Source: a virus
Lineage: Duplodnaviria; Caudoviricetes
Length of the DNA stretch: 37,169 bases
Reading direction: 5' to 3' (one strand)
IMG/VR virus record: IMGVR_UViG_3300037408_000121
Location: 1 to 37,169 of that record
Part shown: piece by piece, positions 17,191 through 26,900 of the stretch
Layout: each line of letters starts with the position of its first letter
How positions within the stretch are numbered: the stretch's first letter is position 1
The notes under the pieces: generated by a model
Seen by the model: only the letters and a program-made list of their open reading frames with translations
The model's database searches: none
Told to the model about the DNA's origin: nothing
Translations under genes and position numbers: made by a program

Positions 17191-17937
17191 ATGGCTGTCA
17201 CGAAGTTCACCGATGCACAGATTTTCCTCGGCAACTACAACGTGTCGGGGAAGCACAACCAAGTCTCCGTCGACTACTCGGCGGAGATGCTGGACGCCAC
17301 CGCCTTCGGAGCGACGACGCGGCAGTTCCTGCCCGGCGTCTACGAATGGTCCGTCAGCGGTCAAGGGTGGTGGGAGGTCGGCGCGGTCTCTCCGGCCTTC
17401 GGCGATCACACCTTCTTCAGCCGGATCGGGGCCTCGGAGACCCCGCTGACTGTCGCTCCGGCGAACACGGACGGCGGCACCGCGTTCTTCGGGAAGGTCG
17501 TGAACCCGACGCTCAACTTCTTCGGCGCTCATGGCGAGCTGGCCCCGTTCACCCTGGACCACCAGCCCGGCACGCAGACGGGGAACTACCTCACGCGCGG
17601 CTACCTCGGGTTCCAGCCGACGCAGCGGGCGGCGTCCGCGAACGGCACCTACGTCCTGCTCGGCTCGACGGTCAGCGCCTCTCAGCGGCTCGCCGCCATC
17701 CTGCACGTCATCCAGTTCACGGGCACGTCGCTGGACGTGGTCATCGAGAGCGACGACAACTCGGGCTTCTCGTCCGCAACCAGCAGAATCGCCTTCACCC
17801 AGGCGACAGGGCTCACTTCGGAGTGGAAGGACGTGGCCGGACCCATCGCAACCGACACCTACTTCCGTGTCAAGACGACGTTCGTGGGGACCAACTTCAC
17901 CGCTCTCGTCTGCTTCGGCGTGGCGAGCGCATCGTAA
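17191..17937 (+). CDS. Tail tube-like protein (copy 1, with extra C-terminal beta domain)
   Basis: GGAGG RBS; VDYSAEMLDATAFG..RQFLPG pattern; N-terminus similar to the next gene. Confidence 0.7.
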   Translation: MAVTKFTDAQIFLGNYNVSGKHNQVSVDYSAEMLDATAFGATTRQFLPGVYEWSVSGQGWWEVGAVSPAFGDHTFFSRIGASETPLTVAPANTDGGTAFFGKVVNPTLNFFGAHGELAPFTLDHQPGTQTGNYLTRGYLGFQPTQRAASANGTYVLLGSTVSASQRLAAILHVIQFTGTSLDVVIESDDNSGFSSATSRIAFTQATGLTSEWKDVAGPIATDTYFRVKTTFVGTNFTALVCFGVASAS

Positions 17938-17952
17938 AAGGGAGGAAGCACA

Positions 17953-18402
17953 ATGGCTGTAATCAAGTTCACCGACGCAGTGGTGACGCTCAACGGCACG
18001 GGCGGCCCGCCGCCGACCGGGGGAACGGCTCTCCCGCACGTGCGCTCCGTCACCATCGACTACTCCGCCGAACTCCAGGATGTCACGGAGATGGGCATGA
18101 CCACGAAGGCGAACCTGCCCTCGCTGCTCGACTGGACCGTCACCGTCGAGTGCGTGCAGGACTACGCCTCGGGCAACGTCGACGCGACCCTGTTCCCGCT
18201 GGTGGGAGCGGCCGAGTTCTACATCCAGGTCAAGACGCAGAACACCACCGTCTCCACGACGAACCCGCAGTGGTACGCGAAGACGGTGCTGGAGAGCTAC
18301 GGGCCGGTCACCGGCTCGGTCGGCGACGCACAGATCGTGCAGGCCGTGTTCCGCCCCGGCACGTCGGTCACGACCAACGTGCTGACCCGTTCCGTCACCT
18401 AG
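17953..18402 (+). CDS. Major tail (tube) protein (copy 2)
   Basis: GGAGG RBS; IDYSAELQDVTEMG..L.DWTVTVE..QDY..NPQW..P..G.VGD; directly upstream of the chaperone genes. Confidence 0.8.
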   Translation: MAVIKFTDAVVTLNGTGGPPPTGGTALPHVRSVTIDYSAELQDVTEMGMTTKANLPSLLDWTVTVECVQDYASGNVDATLFPLVGAAEFYIQVKTQNTTVSTTNPQWYAKTVLESYGPVTGSVGDAQIVQAVFRPGTSVTTNVLTRSVT

Positions 18403-18525
18403 GTTTCCCCCTGACCTTCGCTGGAGTGGCCCCGAGGGGCCTGCCAGTCCAGCGGGGGAGCACCAAAAAAGGCCCCTCAACTCCCGCACCTGGCGGACCC
18501 ATGAACCCGCCAGAAGGAGGATGCG

Positions 18526-18879
18526 ATGCCGCAGCCGTACAACCTCGTACTCGGCAACGAGACGCTCGAACTCCAGTTCACCCTCGCCTCAATCGACTGG
18601 TTCAAGGCCAAGTCGGGCCAGCCGTTCCTCAAGGGCATCACGGACTACCTCGCGCCCGACACCGTCGTCTGGATGCTCCTGGCCGGAGTCCGCAAGTCCC
18701 GGCCGAAGCTGTCCTACGAGGACATGCAGGAGATCCTTCAGAAGTACCTCGACGATGGCGGGTCGTTCCCCGAGGTGACGGGCCGGATGTTCAAGGCTCT
18801 CCGCGCTCAGGGACTCCTCCGTCCTGACGATGAAGGCGAGGGCGAGGGCAACCGCCCTCCTCGCGCCCTCAACGCCTAG
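18526..18879 (+). CDS. Tail assembly chaperone (G-like)
   Basis: AAGGAGG RBS; lies between tail tube and tape measure. Confidence 0.75.
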   Translation: MPQPYNLVLGNETLELQFTLASIDWFKAKSGQPFLKGITDYLAPDTVVWMLLAGVRKSRPKLSYEDMQEILQKYLDDGGSFPEVTGRMFKALRAQGLLRPDDEGEGEGNRPPRALNA

Positions 18880-19166
18880 AGGCGCAGCCGTGGGTGCTGG
18901 CGGCCCGGCCCGAGCAGTTCGAGGAGCCGGTCTGCCAGCGCCTCGGTCTTGCCCCGGAGGTCTACTGGAACACGACGCCAGCGGACCTCTGCGTGATGCT
19001 GAGGGCCGAGCGTCGCAGGACGAACGTCGAGATTCGTAGGCTAGCGATGGCTGTCTCGTACATCACCGCCCCGCACGTCGACAAGACGCACCGCTCTGCG
19101 GTCTCGGCGAAGAACCTCGTGTTTTCCTTCGCTGACTACGACCCTGACCCGGAGGACGACCAGTGA
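18834..19166 (+). CDS. Tail assembly chaperone extension (T-like), probably reached by -1 frameshift
   Basis: The -1 frame is open from 18834 and overlaps the upstream gene; LGL.P..YW..TP.DL motif; no clear RBS for GTG 18894. Confidence 0.6.
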   Translation, partial: RRGRGQPPSSRPQRLEAQPWVLAARPEQFEEPVCQRLGLAPEVYWNTTPADLCVMLRAERRRTNVEIRRLAMAVSYITAPHVDKTHRSAVSAKNLVFSFADYDPDPEDDQ

Positions 19167-22100
19167 CCATCGAGAAGCTGCTCGTCGAGCTTGGGCTGGA
19201 CCCGACCGACTTCAAGCGTGGCGCGAACGAGGCCCGGCGCGACATGGAGGGGCTGAACGAGATGCTCAGCTCCTTCGGGATGGTGGGCGTCGGCCTTACC
19301 GCAGCCACGGCAGGGCTGGCGGCCATCGCGCGGGAGGCCGTCAACGCGGCTGGCTCGCTGGAGCAGACGAAGATCGGCTTCTCGACCATGCTCGGCTCGG
19401 CCGAGGAAGCCAACAAGTTCCTCAAGGAGCTGGAGGACTTCGCCGCGCGGACGCCGTTCCAGTTCAATGAGCTGGTCACCGGAGCGAAGCGGCTGATGGC
19501 GATGGGCTTCGCGGCTCAGGAAGTGCGCCCGATGCTGGAGGCCGTTGGAGACGCGGTCGCCGCTCTCGGCGGCAGCGGCGAGATGATCCAGCGCGTCACC
19601 CTGGCGCTCGGCCAGATGAGAGCGAAGGGCAAGGTCAGCGCCGAGGAGATGAGGCAGCTCGCCGAGGCTGGCATCCCGGCGTGGCAGATGCTCGCCGACA
19701 CCATCGGCACCTCGATCCCGCAGGCGATGAAGATGGCAGAGAGAGGCACGGTCAAAGCAGACCAGGCCATCGCCGGGATCATCGAGGGCATGAACAAGCG
19801 GTTCGGCGGCCTGATGGAGATGCAGTCGCAGACGCTCATGGGTCGCTTCTCGACCCTGAAGGACGAGCTGGAGTTCGCGCTGCGCGACATGGGCTCGGCG
19901 CTGCTGCCGTTCGCCGGACAGATGCTGGAGTTCGCCACCCTGTCCGTCAAGGGCCTCAAGATGCTGGTGGAGGGGTTCAACGCGCTGCCAGGCCCGGTGA
20001 AGAACATCATCATCCTCTTCGGCGGCGTCGCTGCGTCCATCGGCCCTGCGCTGATCGCCGTGACCGGCTTCATCAAGTCGCTGATGATGTTCCAGACGGC
20101 GCTCGCCACGGTGAACGGGGCGCTGGTCGCTCACAGAGCGGCCACGCTTGCGACCATCGACCCGCTGATGACCGCTGGCGGGGCAGCGACAACGGCGGCG
20201 GGCGGGTTCTCGGCGCTCCGGCTGGCAATCCTCGGTGCGGCAACGGCCTTCGGAGCCATCATTGTCGCCGCCGCCCTCTGGTACGAGAACAAGAAGAAGA
20301 AGGAGCTAGAGGACGCCGAGTTCGCCATGCGGATGCAGAGCCGCGTCGCGGCCGAGCACCTCAAGAACCTCGACGAGATCAAGAAGCAGTCCGAGGCGTC
20401 GCGGAAGGGGCAGACGCGCACGCTGATGGACCAGATCGACGAGGAGATCGCGGCCTATAAGAAGCTCTCGGCTGGCGGCTTCGACGCGGCGAAGAAGGCG
20501 GAGGAGGCCAAGCTCATCAAGCAGGCTGCCGACCTAATGGGCGTGGAGGTGACGGCGATACGCAACGTCACCCAGGCGCGCGAGATCCTCGCCGGGAAGT
20601 CGCGCTACGACGACCTCAAGAAGGAGCGCGAGGAGCACGAGAAGCTGGTCAAGGCGTTCCGCGAGAACGCGATGGAGGCCGGGAAAAACGCCGAGGAGAC
20701 GAAGAAGATCGGCGTCGCGCTGGAAGCGGTCGGCAACTACCTCAAGATGTCGGACTCGGGCCTGCAACAGTTCACGGCGACGCTTCGGTCCTATGGCACA
20801 GAGGGCGCAGCGGCAGCCAGTCAGGTACAGGACGCCTGGGAGAGCGCCAACGAGGTCCGCTTGCTGGTGAGCCGAAACGTCGGCGGAACGCTTCTCGCTC
20901 CGATGGACACCTCGGCTGGTCGGGAAGAGGCGGCGGCAATGCAGAAGGCCCTCGACCTCGTGAAGCAGCACAACGCGGCACTCATGGATCAGGACAGGCT
21001 TCGAGGGGCCATTCGCAAGCTCTACGAAGGCAACGTCATCGACGAGGCGCTGTACCGCGAGTTGATCGGGCTGAACAAGGTAAGCGAGGGAACGGACAAG
21101 ACCAAGGAGGCGACGGAGAAGTGGGTGGATTCCCTGTCCGACGCTCTTCAGGCGGCGGCGTCCCTCAAGACCATCTTCGGCAACACGTTTGGGAACATCG
21201 TCGCTCAGCTCGGGACGATGGCGAGCGGCTTCTCCAAGCTGTTCGGCAAAGGAGGGCTGCTCAGTCAGGGGTTCTCTGGACTCTTCGGGAAGAAGGACGC
21301 CGAGGGCAAGCTGCTCGGCGGGTTCGACTTCAAGTCCATCGTCGGCGGACTGGCTTCGGCTATCCCCGCCATCGGTGCGCTTGCTGGTCCGGTGCTTGGC
21401 GCGATCTCCTCCTGGTTCGAGGGCCGCAAGCTCAAGAAGATCGGCAAGGAGGCCGGTGCGGTGCTCGGCGAGTCCGTCTCCAAGGAGACCGCCAAGGCCA
21501 TCAAGGAGACCTCGAAGGAACTTGGCGTGTCGATCAAGGAAGCCGCGCTGCTGAACCTCGACAAGGTGATGTCCGAGTCCAAGCGCCAGATGTCCGCCTT
21601 CGTCCCGCAGGTGATGGGTCTGCTCGACATCATCAAGAAGGGCGGTCCAGGCGCGGCGAAGGCGCTGGAGCAGGTCGGTCAGGCGTTCGGCAAGATCGCA
21701 GACGAAGCCAAGCGAACCGGCGTCGTCGGCTCCAAGGCCGTCACCGACATCCTCAAGGCGGCGCGGAAGATGGGCGGCGCGGCCTACACCGAGGAGATGA
21801 AGGCGTACACCGAGGAGAAGCTGAACATCGCCGTCGAGGGCCTCAAGAAGTTCGTCACCGGGATCTCGGCGCTGGACGGCGAGTTCGCGCGGATGGGCAC
21901 CAACTCGGCAACGATCTTCATGGCGGCGTTCGGTGCGCTGGTCAAGGAGAAGGGGTGGGTCGAGGCGGTCGACGCTCTCGGCGAGACCTTCGATGCGCTG
22001 AAGGAGAAGTTCAAGAGCGTCTTTGGGGAGGACACGGCAGCCGTCGACGCCATCCTCGCCCCGTTCGAGAAGATGCGTGCGTACCTCGACAACGAGGTGC

Positions 22101-22843
22101 TGCGCGGGGCCATCGACGCGGCGACCGGGCTTCAGCAGATCATGGTCGGGCTGGCTGACGCGGGCTACCTAGACGCGGCTGCGTTCACGGCGATGCAGCA
22201 GACGGCCTACGACCTGTTCCTCCACATGACCGAGGGCGGCATGGACACTGCCTCGGCTCTCCTTACGCTGGCCCCGACGATTTCGGCAGCCGTCAGCGCC
22301 GCCGAGCAGTTCGGCGTCCCGCTCGACGCGGACATGCAAAAGCTCAAGGAGATGGCCGAGCAGAACGGCATCACCTTCGAGACCAGCCCGATGATGCGGA
22401 TGGTGAACGCGCTGGAGGCTATCGCCAAGGTCCTCGGAGCAGAGCTTCCGAGCGCAGCGGCGTCGGCGTCTGCCGCGCTCGACAACGTGGCCCGAGACCG
22501 TTCGTTCAAGATCCGGTACAGGTACGAGTCCGAAGGCCCCGTTCCTCCTGGCGACCCTACCGACCGCAACGGCGACCCTGGATACGCGGCTGGCGGCGTC
22601 GCCTCCGGCCCGGAGAGCGGCTACTGGGCGCTGCTGCACGGCACGGAGGCCGTGGTGCCGGTCGACAAGCTCGACGCCTTCATCAAGAAGGTCTCGGGTG
22701 GCGAGGGCGGAGAGGGCGGCGGCGGGCAGACCATCGTTGTCAACGTCACGCTCCCTGGCGGCGAGGTGCTGAAGTACGTGGAGAAGGCGACGAAGGCCGG
22801 GATGGTTCGCGTCCACCCGAACGCACTGAAGGGACCCTTCTAG
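19163..22843 (+). CDS. Tape measure protein
   Basis: 1226 aa, Ala/Gly-rich helical; tape-measure motif FAARTPF..ALGQM.AKGKV.AEEMRQLAEAGIP; C-terminal YAAGG..LHG.EAVVP. Confidence 0.95.
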   Translation: MTIEKLLVELGLDPTDFKRGANEARRDMEGLNEMLSSFGMVGVGLTAATAGLAAIAREAVNAAGSLEQTKIGFSTMLGSAEEANKFLKELEDFAARTPFQFNELVTGAKRLMAMGFAAQEVRPMLEAVGDAVAALGGSGEMIQRVTLALGQMRAKGKVSAEEMRQLAEAGIPAWQMLADTIGTSIPQAMKMAERGTVKADQAIAGIIEGMNKRFGGLMEMQSQTLMGRFSTLKDELEFALRDMGSALLPFAGQMLEFATLSVKGLKMLVEGFNALPGPVKNIIILFGGVAASIGPALIAVTGFIKSLMMFQTALATVNGALVAHRAATLATIDPLMTAGGAATTAAGGFSALRLAILGAATAFGAIIVAAALWYENKKKKELEDAEFAMRMQSRVAAEHLKNLDEIKKQSEASRKGQTRTLMDQIDEEIAAYKKLSAGGFDAAKKAEEAKLIKQAADLMGVEVTAIRNVTQAREILAGKSRYDDLKKEREEHEKLVKAFRENAMEAGKNAEETKKIGVALEAVGNYLKMSDSGLQQFTATLRSYGTEGAAAASQVQDAWESANEVRLLVSRNVGGTLLAPMDTSAGREEAAAMQKALDLVKQHNAALMDQDRLRGAIRKLYEGNVIDEALYRELIGLNKVSEGTDKTKEATEKWVDSLSDALQAAASLKTIFGNTFGNIVAQLGTMASGFSKLFGKGGLLSQGFSGLFGKKDAEGKLLGGFDFKSIVGGLASAIPAIGALAGPVLGAISSWFEGRKLKKIGKEAGAVLGESVSKETAKAIKETSKELGVSIKEAALLNLDKVMSESKRQMSAFVPQVMGLLDIIKKGGPGAAKALEQVGQAFGKIADEAKRTGVVGSKAVTDILKAARKMGGAAYTEEMKAYTEEKLNIAVEGLKKFVTGISALDGEFARMGTNSATIFMAAFGALVKEKGWVEAVDALGETFDALKEKFKSVFGEDTAAVDAILAPFEKMRAYLDNEVLRGAIDAATGLQQIMVGLADAGYLDAAAFTAMQQTAYDLFLHMTEGGMDTASALLTLAPTISAAVSAAEQFGVPLDADMQKLKEMAEQNGITFETSPMMRMVNALEAIAKVLGAELPSAAASASAALDNVARDRSFKIRYRYESEGPVPPGDPTDRNGDPGYAAGGVASGPESGYWALLHGTEAVVPVDKLDAFIKKVSGGEGGEGGGGQTIVVNVTLPGGEVLKYVEKATKAGMVRVHPNALKGPF

Positions 22844-22844
22844 C

Positions 22845-23978
22845 ATGGCAAGTGTCACCCCGCGTTTCCTCTGGCAGAACTTCCTTCACCTCACCAACAC
22901 GGCGGTCACCGTGTCGAGCGAGGACACCAGCTTCCCGAAGCGATGGCTGCTCGACCCGCTCAAGACGATGCGCTGGCGCTCGAAGCTCGGCTGGACCGTT
23001 GTGGCGGGCTTCAACGACAAGCTGGACTTCGACGAGGGCGGCTCCAATCGCGTCGCTACGCTCACGGCAGGGACGTACACGACCGGGGCGGCCTACGCAA
23101 CGATGCTCCAGACGGCGATCAACGCGGCTGCGGTCTCGAACACCTACACCGTCACCTACTCGGCGACGACGTTCAAGTTCACCATCGCTCGCGCCACGGG
23201 CAGCACGGCCGTCTCGCTGGAGTGGAGCACGGGCGCGAACGCCGGAACCTCGTGCGGGCGCGACATCGGCTTCATCGTCTCGGCCGACGACACCGGGGCC
23301 ACGACCTACACCTCTGACTACGCCTGCTACCAGTCGAGGCAGTACGTCAAGGCGGACCTCGGCTCAGCCATGACCGTGAAGGCGCTCGGCCTCGTCGGAA
23401 TGCAGACGCTCACCACGAACGGCCTCGTCCGGCTCCAAGGCAACGCGACCGACGCATGGACGAGTCCTTCCTACGACCAGAGCTTCGGCCCATCGGCTCA
23501 GGCGGACGACGTGATCGCGCACTGGCCTTCGACGTCGCAGACCTACCGCTACTGGCGCATCATGCTGGACGACCCGTACCTGTCCAGCGGCTACCAGCAG
23601 GTCGGCCTTGCGTACCTCGGGAGCTACCTGGAACCGACGCGAGCCCCGCAGTTCGGCGGCGTGACGGAGCAGCACCAGCCGCTCGCCGTCATCCAGCAGG
23701 GCGATAGCGGCGGCATCTTCACGGACAACAAGAGCCCGGCTCGAACCTTCAGCCTTACCTTTGTCATACTCCCCGACTCCGACCGCCTGCTGATCCAGGC
23801 CATGCAGAAGAGCATCGGTGCGAAGCCGATCTTCTTCGCGCTCGACCCGCAGAACGCACCGACCAACATCCTCTACGGAGCGGTCGTCGAGTACGGCGAG
23901 TTCGTGCACATGGCTGGCGGCGGAGCAACGACGGGCTACTGGTCCTGGCCTTGCCGGATTCTTGAGAGCCTGATGTGA
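22845..23978 (+). CDS. Distal tail-like protein with inserted domain
   Basis: Directly follows the tape measure gene; Thr/Ser/Gly-rich; YRYWRI motif. Confidence 0.7.
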   Translation: MASVTPRFLWQNFLHLTNTAVTVSSEDTSFPKRWLLDPLKTMRWRSKLGWTVVAGFNDKLDFDEGGSNRVATLTAGTYTTGAAYATMLQTAINAAAVSNTYTVTYSATTFKFTIARATGSTAVSLEWSTGANAGTSCGRDIGFIVSADDTGATTYTSDYACYQSRQYVKADLGSAMTVKALGLVGMQTLTTNGLVRLQGNATDAWTSPSYDQSFGPSAQADDVIAHWPSTSQTYRYWRIMLDDPYLSSGYQQVGLAYLGSYLEPTRAPQFGGVTEQHQPLAVIQQGDSGGIFTDNKSPARTFSLTFVILPDSDRLLIQAMQKSIGAKPIFFALDPQNAPTNILYGAVVEYGEFVHMAGGGATTGYWSWPCRILESLM

Positions 23979-26900
23979 GCGACCTCGGCCTTCAGTCCGG
24001 GCTGCCGACCTATGAGCAGCTCTGCGAGGCGTCGCATGGGCAGCGCAGGAGTCACTTCGTCCTGCGCCCGTCCGTCGCCCTCACGGACTGGAGCGTCCAC
24101 TCCGGCAACTGCTATGTGTCGGAGCTAGATAGGCAGTACCGTGGCCTGCGCCGCGACGTGGTCGGCGTCAAGGTGCTGGACGAGGCCCCGCTCACTCGCG
24201 CCGAGACGCTAGCGGCCTGCATCAGCACGGCCAACACCTTCTACTACGATCCCGACGAGGAGTTCGCCTACCCGCTCTTCGTATGGGATTCCTCCTACTG
24301 GGACATCGGCGTGCTCGGAGGCACCGACCCCGACGACTCTCATTACTGGGACCAGTTCACGCGCGTCTACGTCAACCTCGGCGGCACTGACCCCGAGACG
24401 ACGAGCGTGCTGTGCGAGTTGGGTTTCTACATCGGGCAGGAAGGGCTCGTGCAGCCGTCGCTCGGGGAGGATCTGCTCTCCATCGGGTCGTTCGAGACGC
24501 TGACCGGCTGGACGACGGCGGCGACAGCGCCCGACACCATCGCGCTCGACACGCCGCTCGCGCCATCGGGCAGCTACGCCGTGAAGCTGACGGCGGCGGG
24601 TTCGACCGGCGATAGCCTGCTCGCCTACAAGGTCTTGTCGTCTTCGTTCGTCGTTGGAAGGCGCTACCGGATCGCCGGGCACTACGAGACAGGAGCCGAC
24701 AACGCGAACGGGCTCTCGGCGCAGTTCGCCGTCTACAAGTCGCCCGACTACATCCAATCCAACGGCCGCGACCACTCCTCGACGGCAGCGTATCCGGCGC
24801 TGGCGAACACCGGGGGAGTGACGCGACGCTTCACGTTCGACTTCATCGCGTGGGACACGGAGCTTGGTCTCTATCTCTACGCGGGCAAGACCGGGGCCTC
24901 GTCCTCGGGCTACGTCAAGTTCGATAACGTGACCATCCGCCGCATCTGGCGCTACGACACCTACGAGGCGCGGATTGCGCGAGACGACGTGCCATCGTCG
25001 CAGCAGTCCTCGCCCGGCATCTTCTTCTCGGGCAAGTCGGTCGGCGTCGGCGGGCTGAGCTTCCGCAACGCGGACGGGGCCTACGACCTCGCGCTCGGCC
25101 AGTTGACGTGGATCGGGCACACGGTCGAGCACCACATCGGCGGCTCGGTCCCCGGAGTCGGCACCGTGGACCGCGAGGAGTGGGATCAGCGATTCACCGG
25201 AATCATCCAGAACGTGACGTTCACGGACGAAGAGGTTGAGTTCGCTCTGGACGACGCCCGCACGCGCTTCCACAAGGACCTGCCGACCAACTTCCTGAGC
25301 GCCGAGGACGCGAACATCGAGTCGCAGTCGCGCGGCAAGCCGGAGCCGCTCTTCTTCGGCGGCAAGGAGAACATCAGACCCATCCGCATCGGGTACGACG
25401 CCACCTATTCGAAGTACCCGCTCTGCCTGGTCGCGGACTGCGCCGATGCCCCGAACGGCATCTACGCCATCGACGGCGTGTGGGCCTACGAAGGCGTGGA
25501 CACGGCGACCGTCGTGGACACGGCGGCCCGTCTGACGCTGGCCGTTGTGTCTTCCGTCACCCCAACGCTTCCGCTGTTCAAGCCGCGCGTCGCCATGACG
25601 GAGACTTATCCCTCGTCCTACCAGACGACGTTGACCAAGGCGGCGTCGGCCTCGTGGACCGACAACGTGGCCGTCTCGACAGGCGTGCTTCACGGCGATG
25701 GCTACGTCGAGTTCGTGACGGGCAGCGCGACGGTGCAGCTCTGCCTCGGGCTGGCGACGCTCGACAAGCAGAAGCTCGACAAGGCCGACATCGACTACGG
25801 AGCCAACCTGAACGGCAGCGGCCAGCTCCAGGCCCGCATCCTCGACACGCTGACCGGCAGCACCTACGCGACCGGGACCACGACGAAGATCCGCGTGGAG
25901 CGCGTAGGCTCGACGGTCTACCTCAAGTACGCCGAGTCGCCCTACTCGACGTGGACGACGCTGCACACCTACGCCGCCACGACCTCGGCCCCGCTGTGCG
26001 TGAAGGTCTCCATCTACTCCTCGTCGGGCGTCGCTTCGTCCATCACGGTCCTCGGCTTCGGGCAGGTCAGCGCCGACCTCTCTACGGGGACCTTCACCGT
26101 GCGGGAGGACGTGGAGCCGGTTCGCGTCACGCTCGACAACCAGTTCCTCAACTTCGACGTGGGCGGCTCCGAACTCACGGCCACCATCCCGACCGGGCTG
26201 TACACGCGCAGGCAGCTCTCGTGCGAGATCGCCCATCAGATGAAGGCGCAGACCGGGGCATCGGCGCTGCACTGCTACTATTCGAACTCGACCAACTTCT
26301 TCACCATCTCGGCCCCGAGCGGCACGCTGAACCTCCGCATCACCACCGGCAGCAACAAGGACGCGAGCGCATGGGGTCTGCTCGGCTTCACGCGCGACGC
26401 GAACGACACGGGCGCGCTGACCTACAGCAGCAACGCTGCCGTGTGGGACGTGACGCAGATCGACAGCAAGATCATCCTTCGCGTCACCGGACGCGGGTAC
26501 AAGGACGACGCTCTCGGCACCTACACGGGGACGGCAGACGCGCTTATCCAGAAGGGGACGGACATCGCTCGCGCCATCATTCGGCGCTGGCTGAAGCGCC
26601 CGGCGTCGGAGATCGACGAGACCACCTTCACGGCATCGCGGACCACGGCCCCGGAGTCGCTGGCGATCTATCTGCAAGCGCAGGAGTCCTCGCAGCGCAT
26701 CTTCGAGCGGCTGGAGAGCAGCAACGCCGCCAACATCATCATCGGCGGCGACGGCAAGGTCTACTACATCGTCAACGCCTACGACAACGAGGAGGTGCCG
26801 CTTACGTCGCGCATCGAGGAGCGCGACTACCTGGCAAAGCCCGTCTTCGAGCGCAAGATCGAAGAGGTCTTCCGCACGGTCATCGTCAAGTACAACCAGC

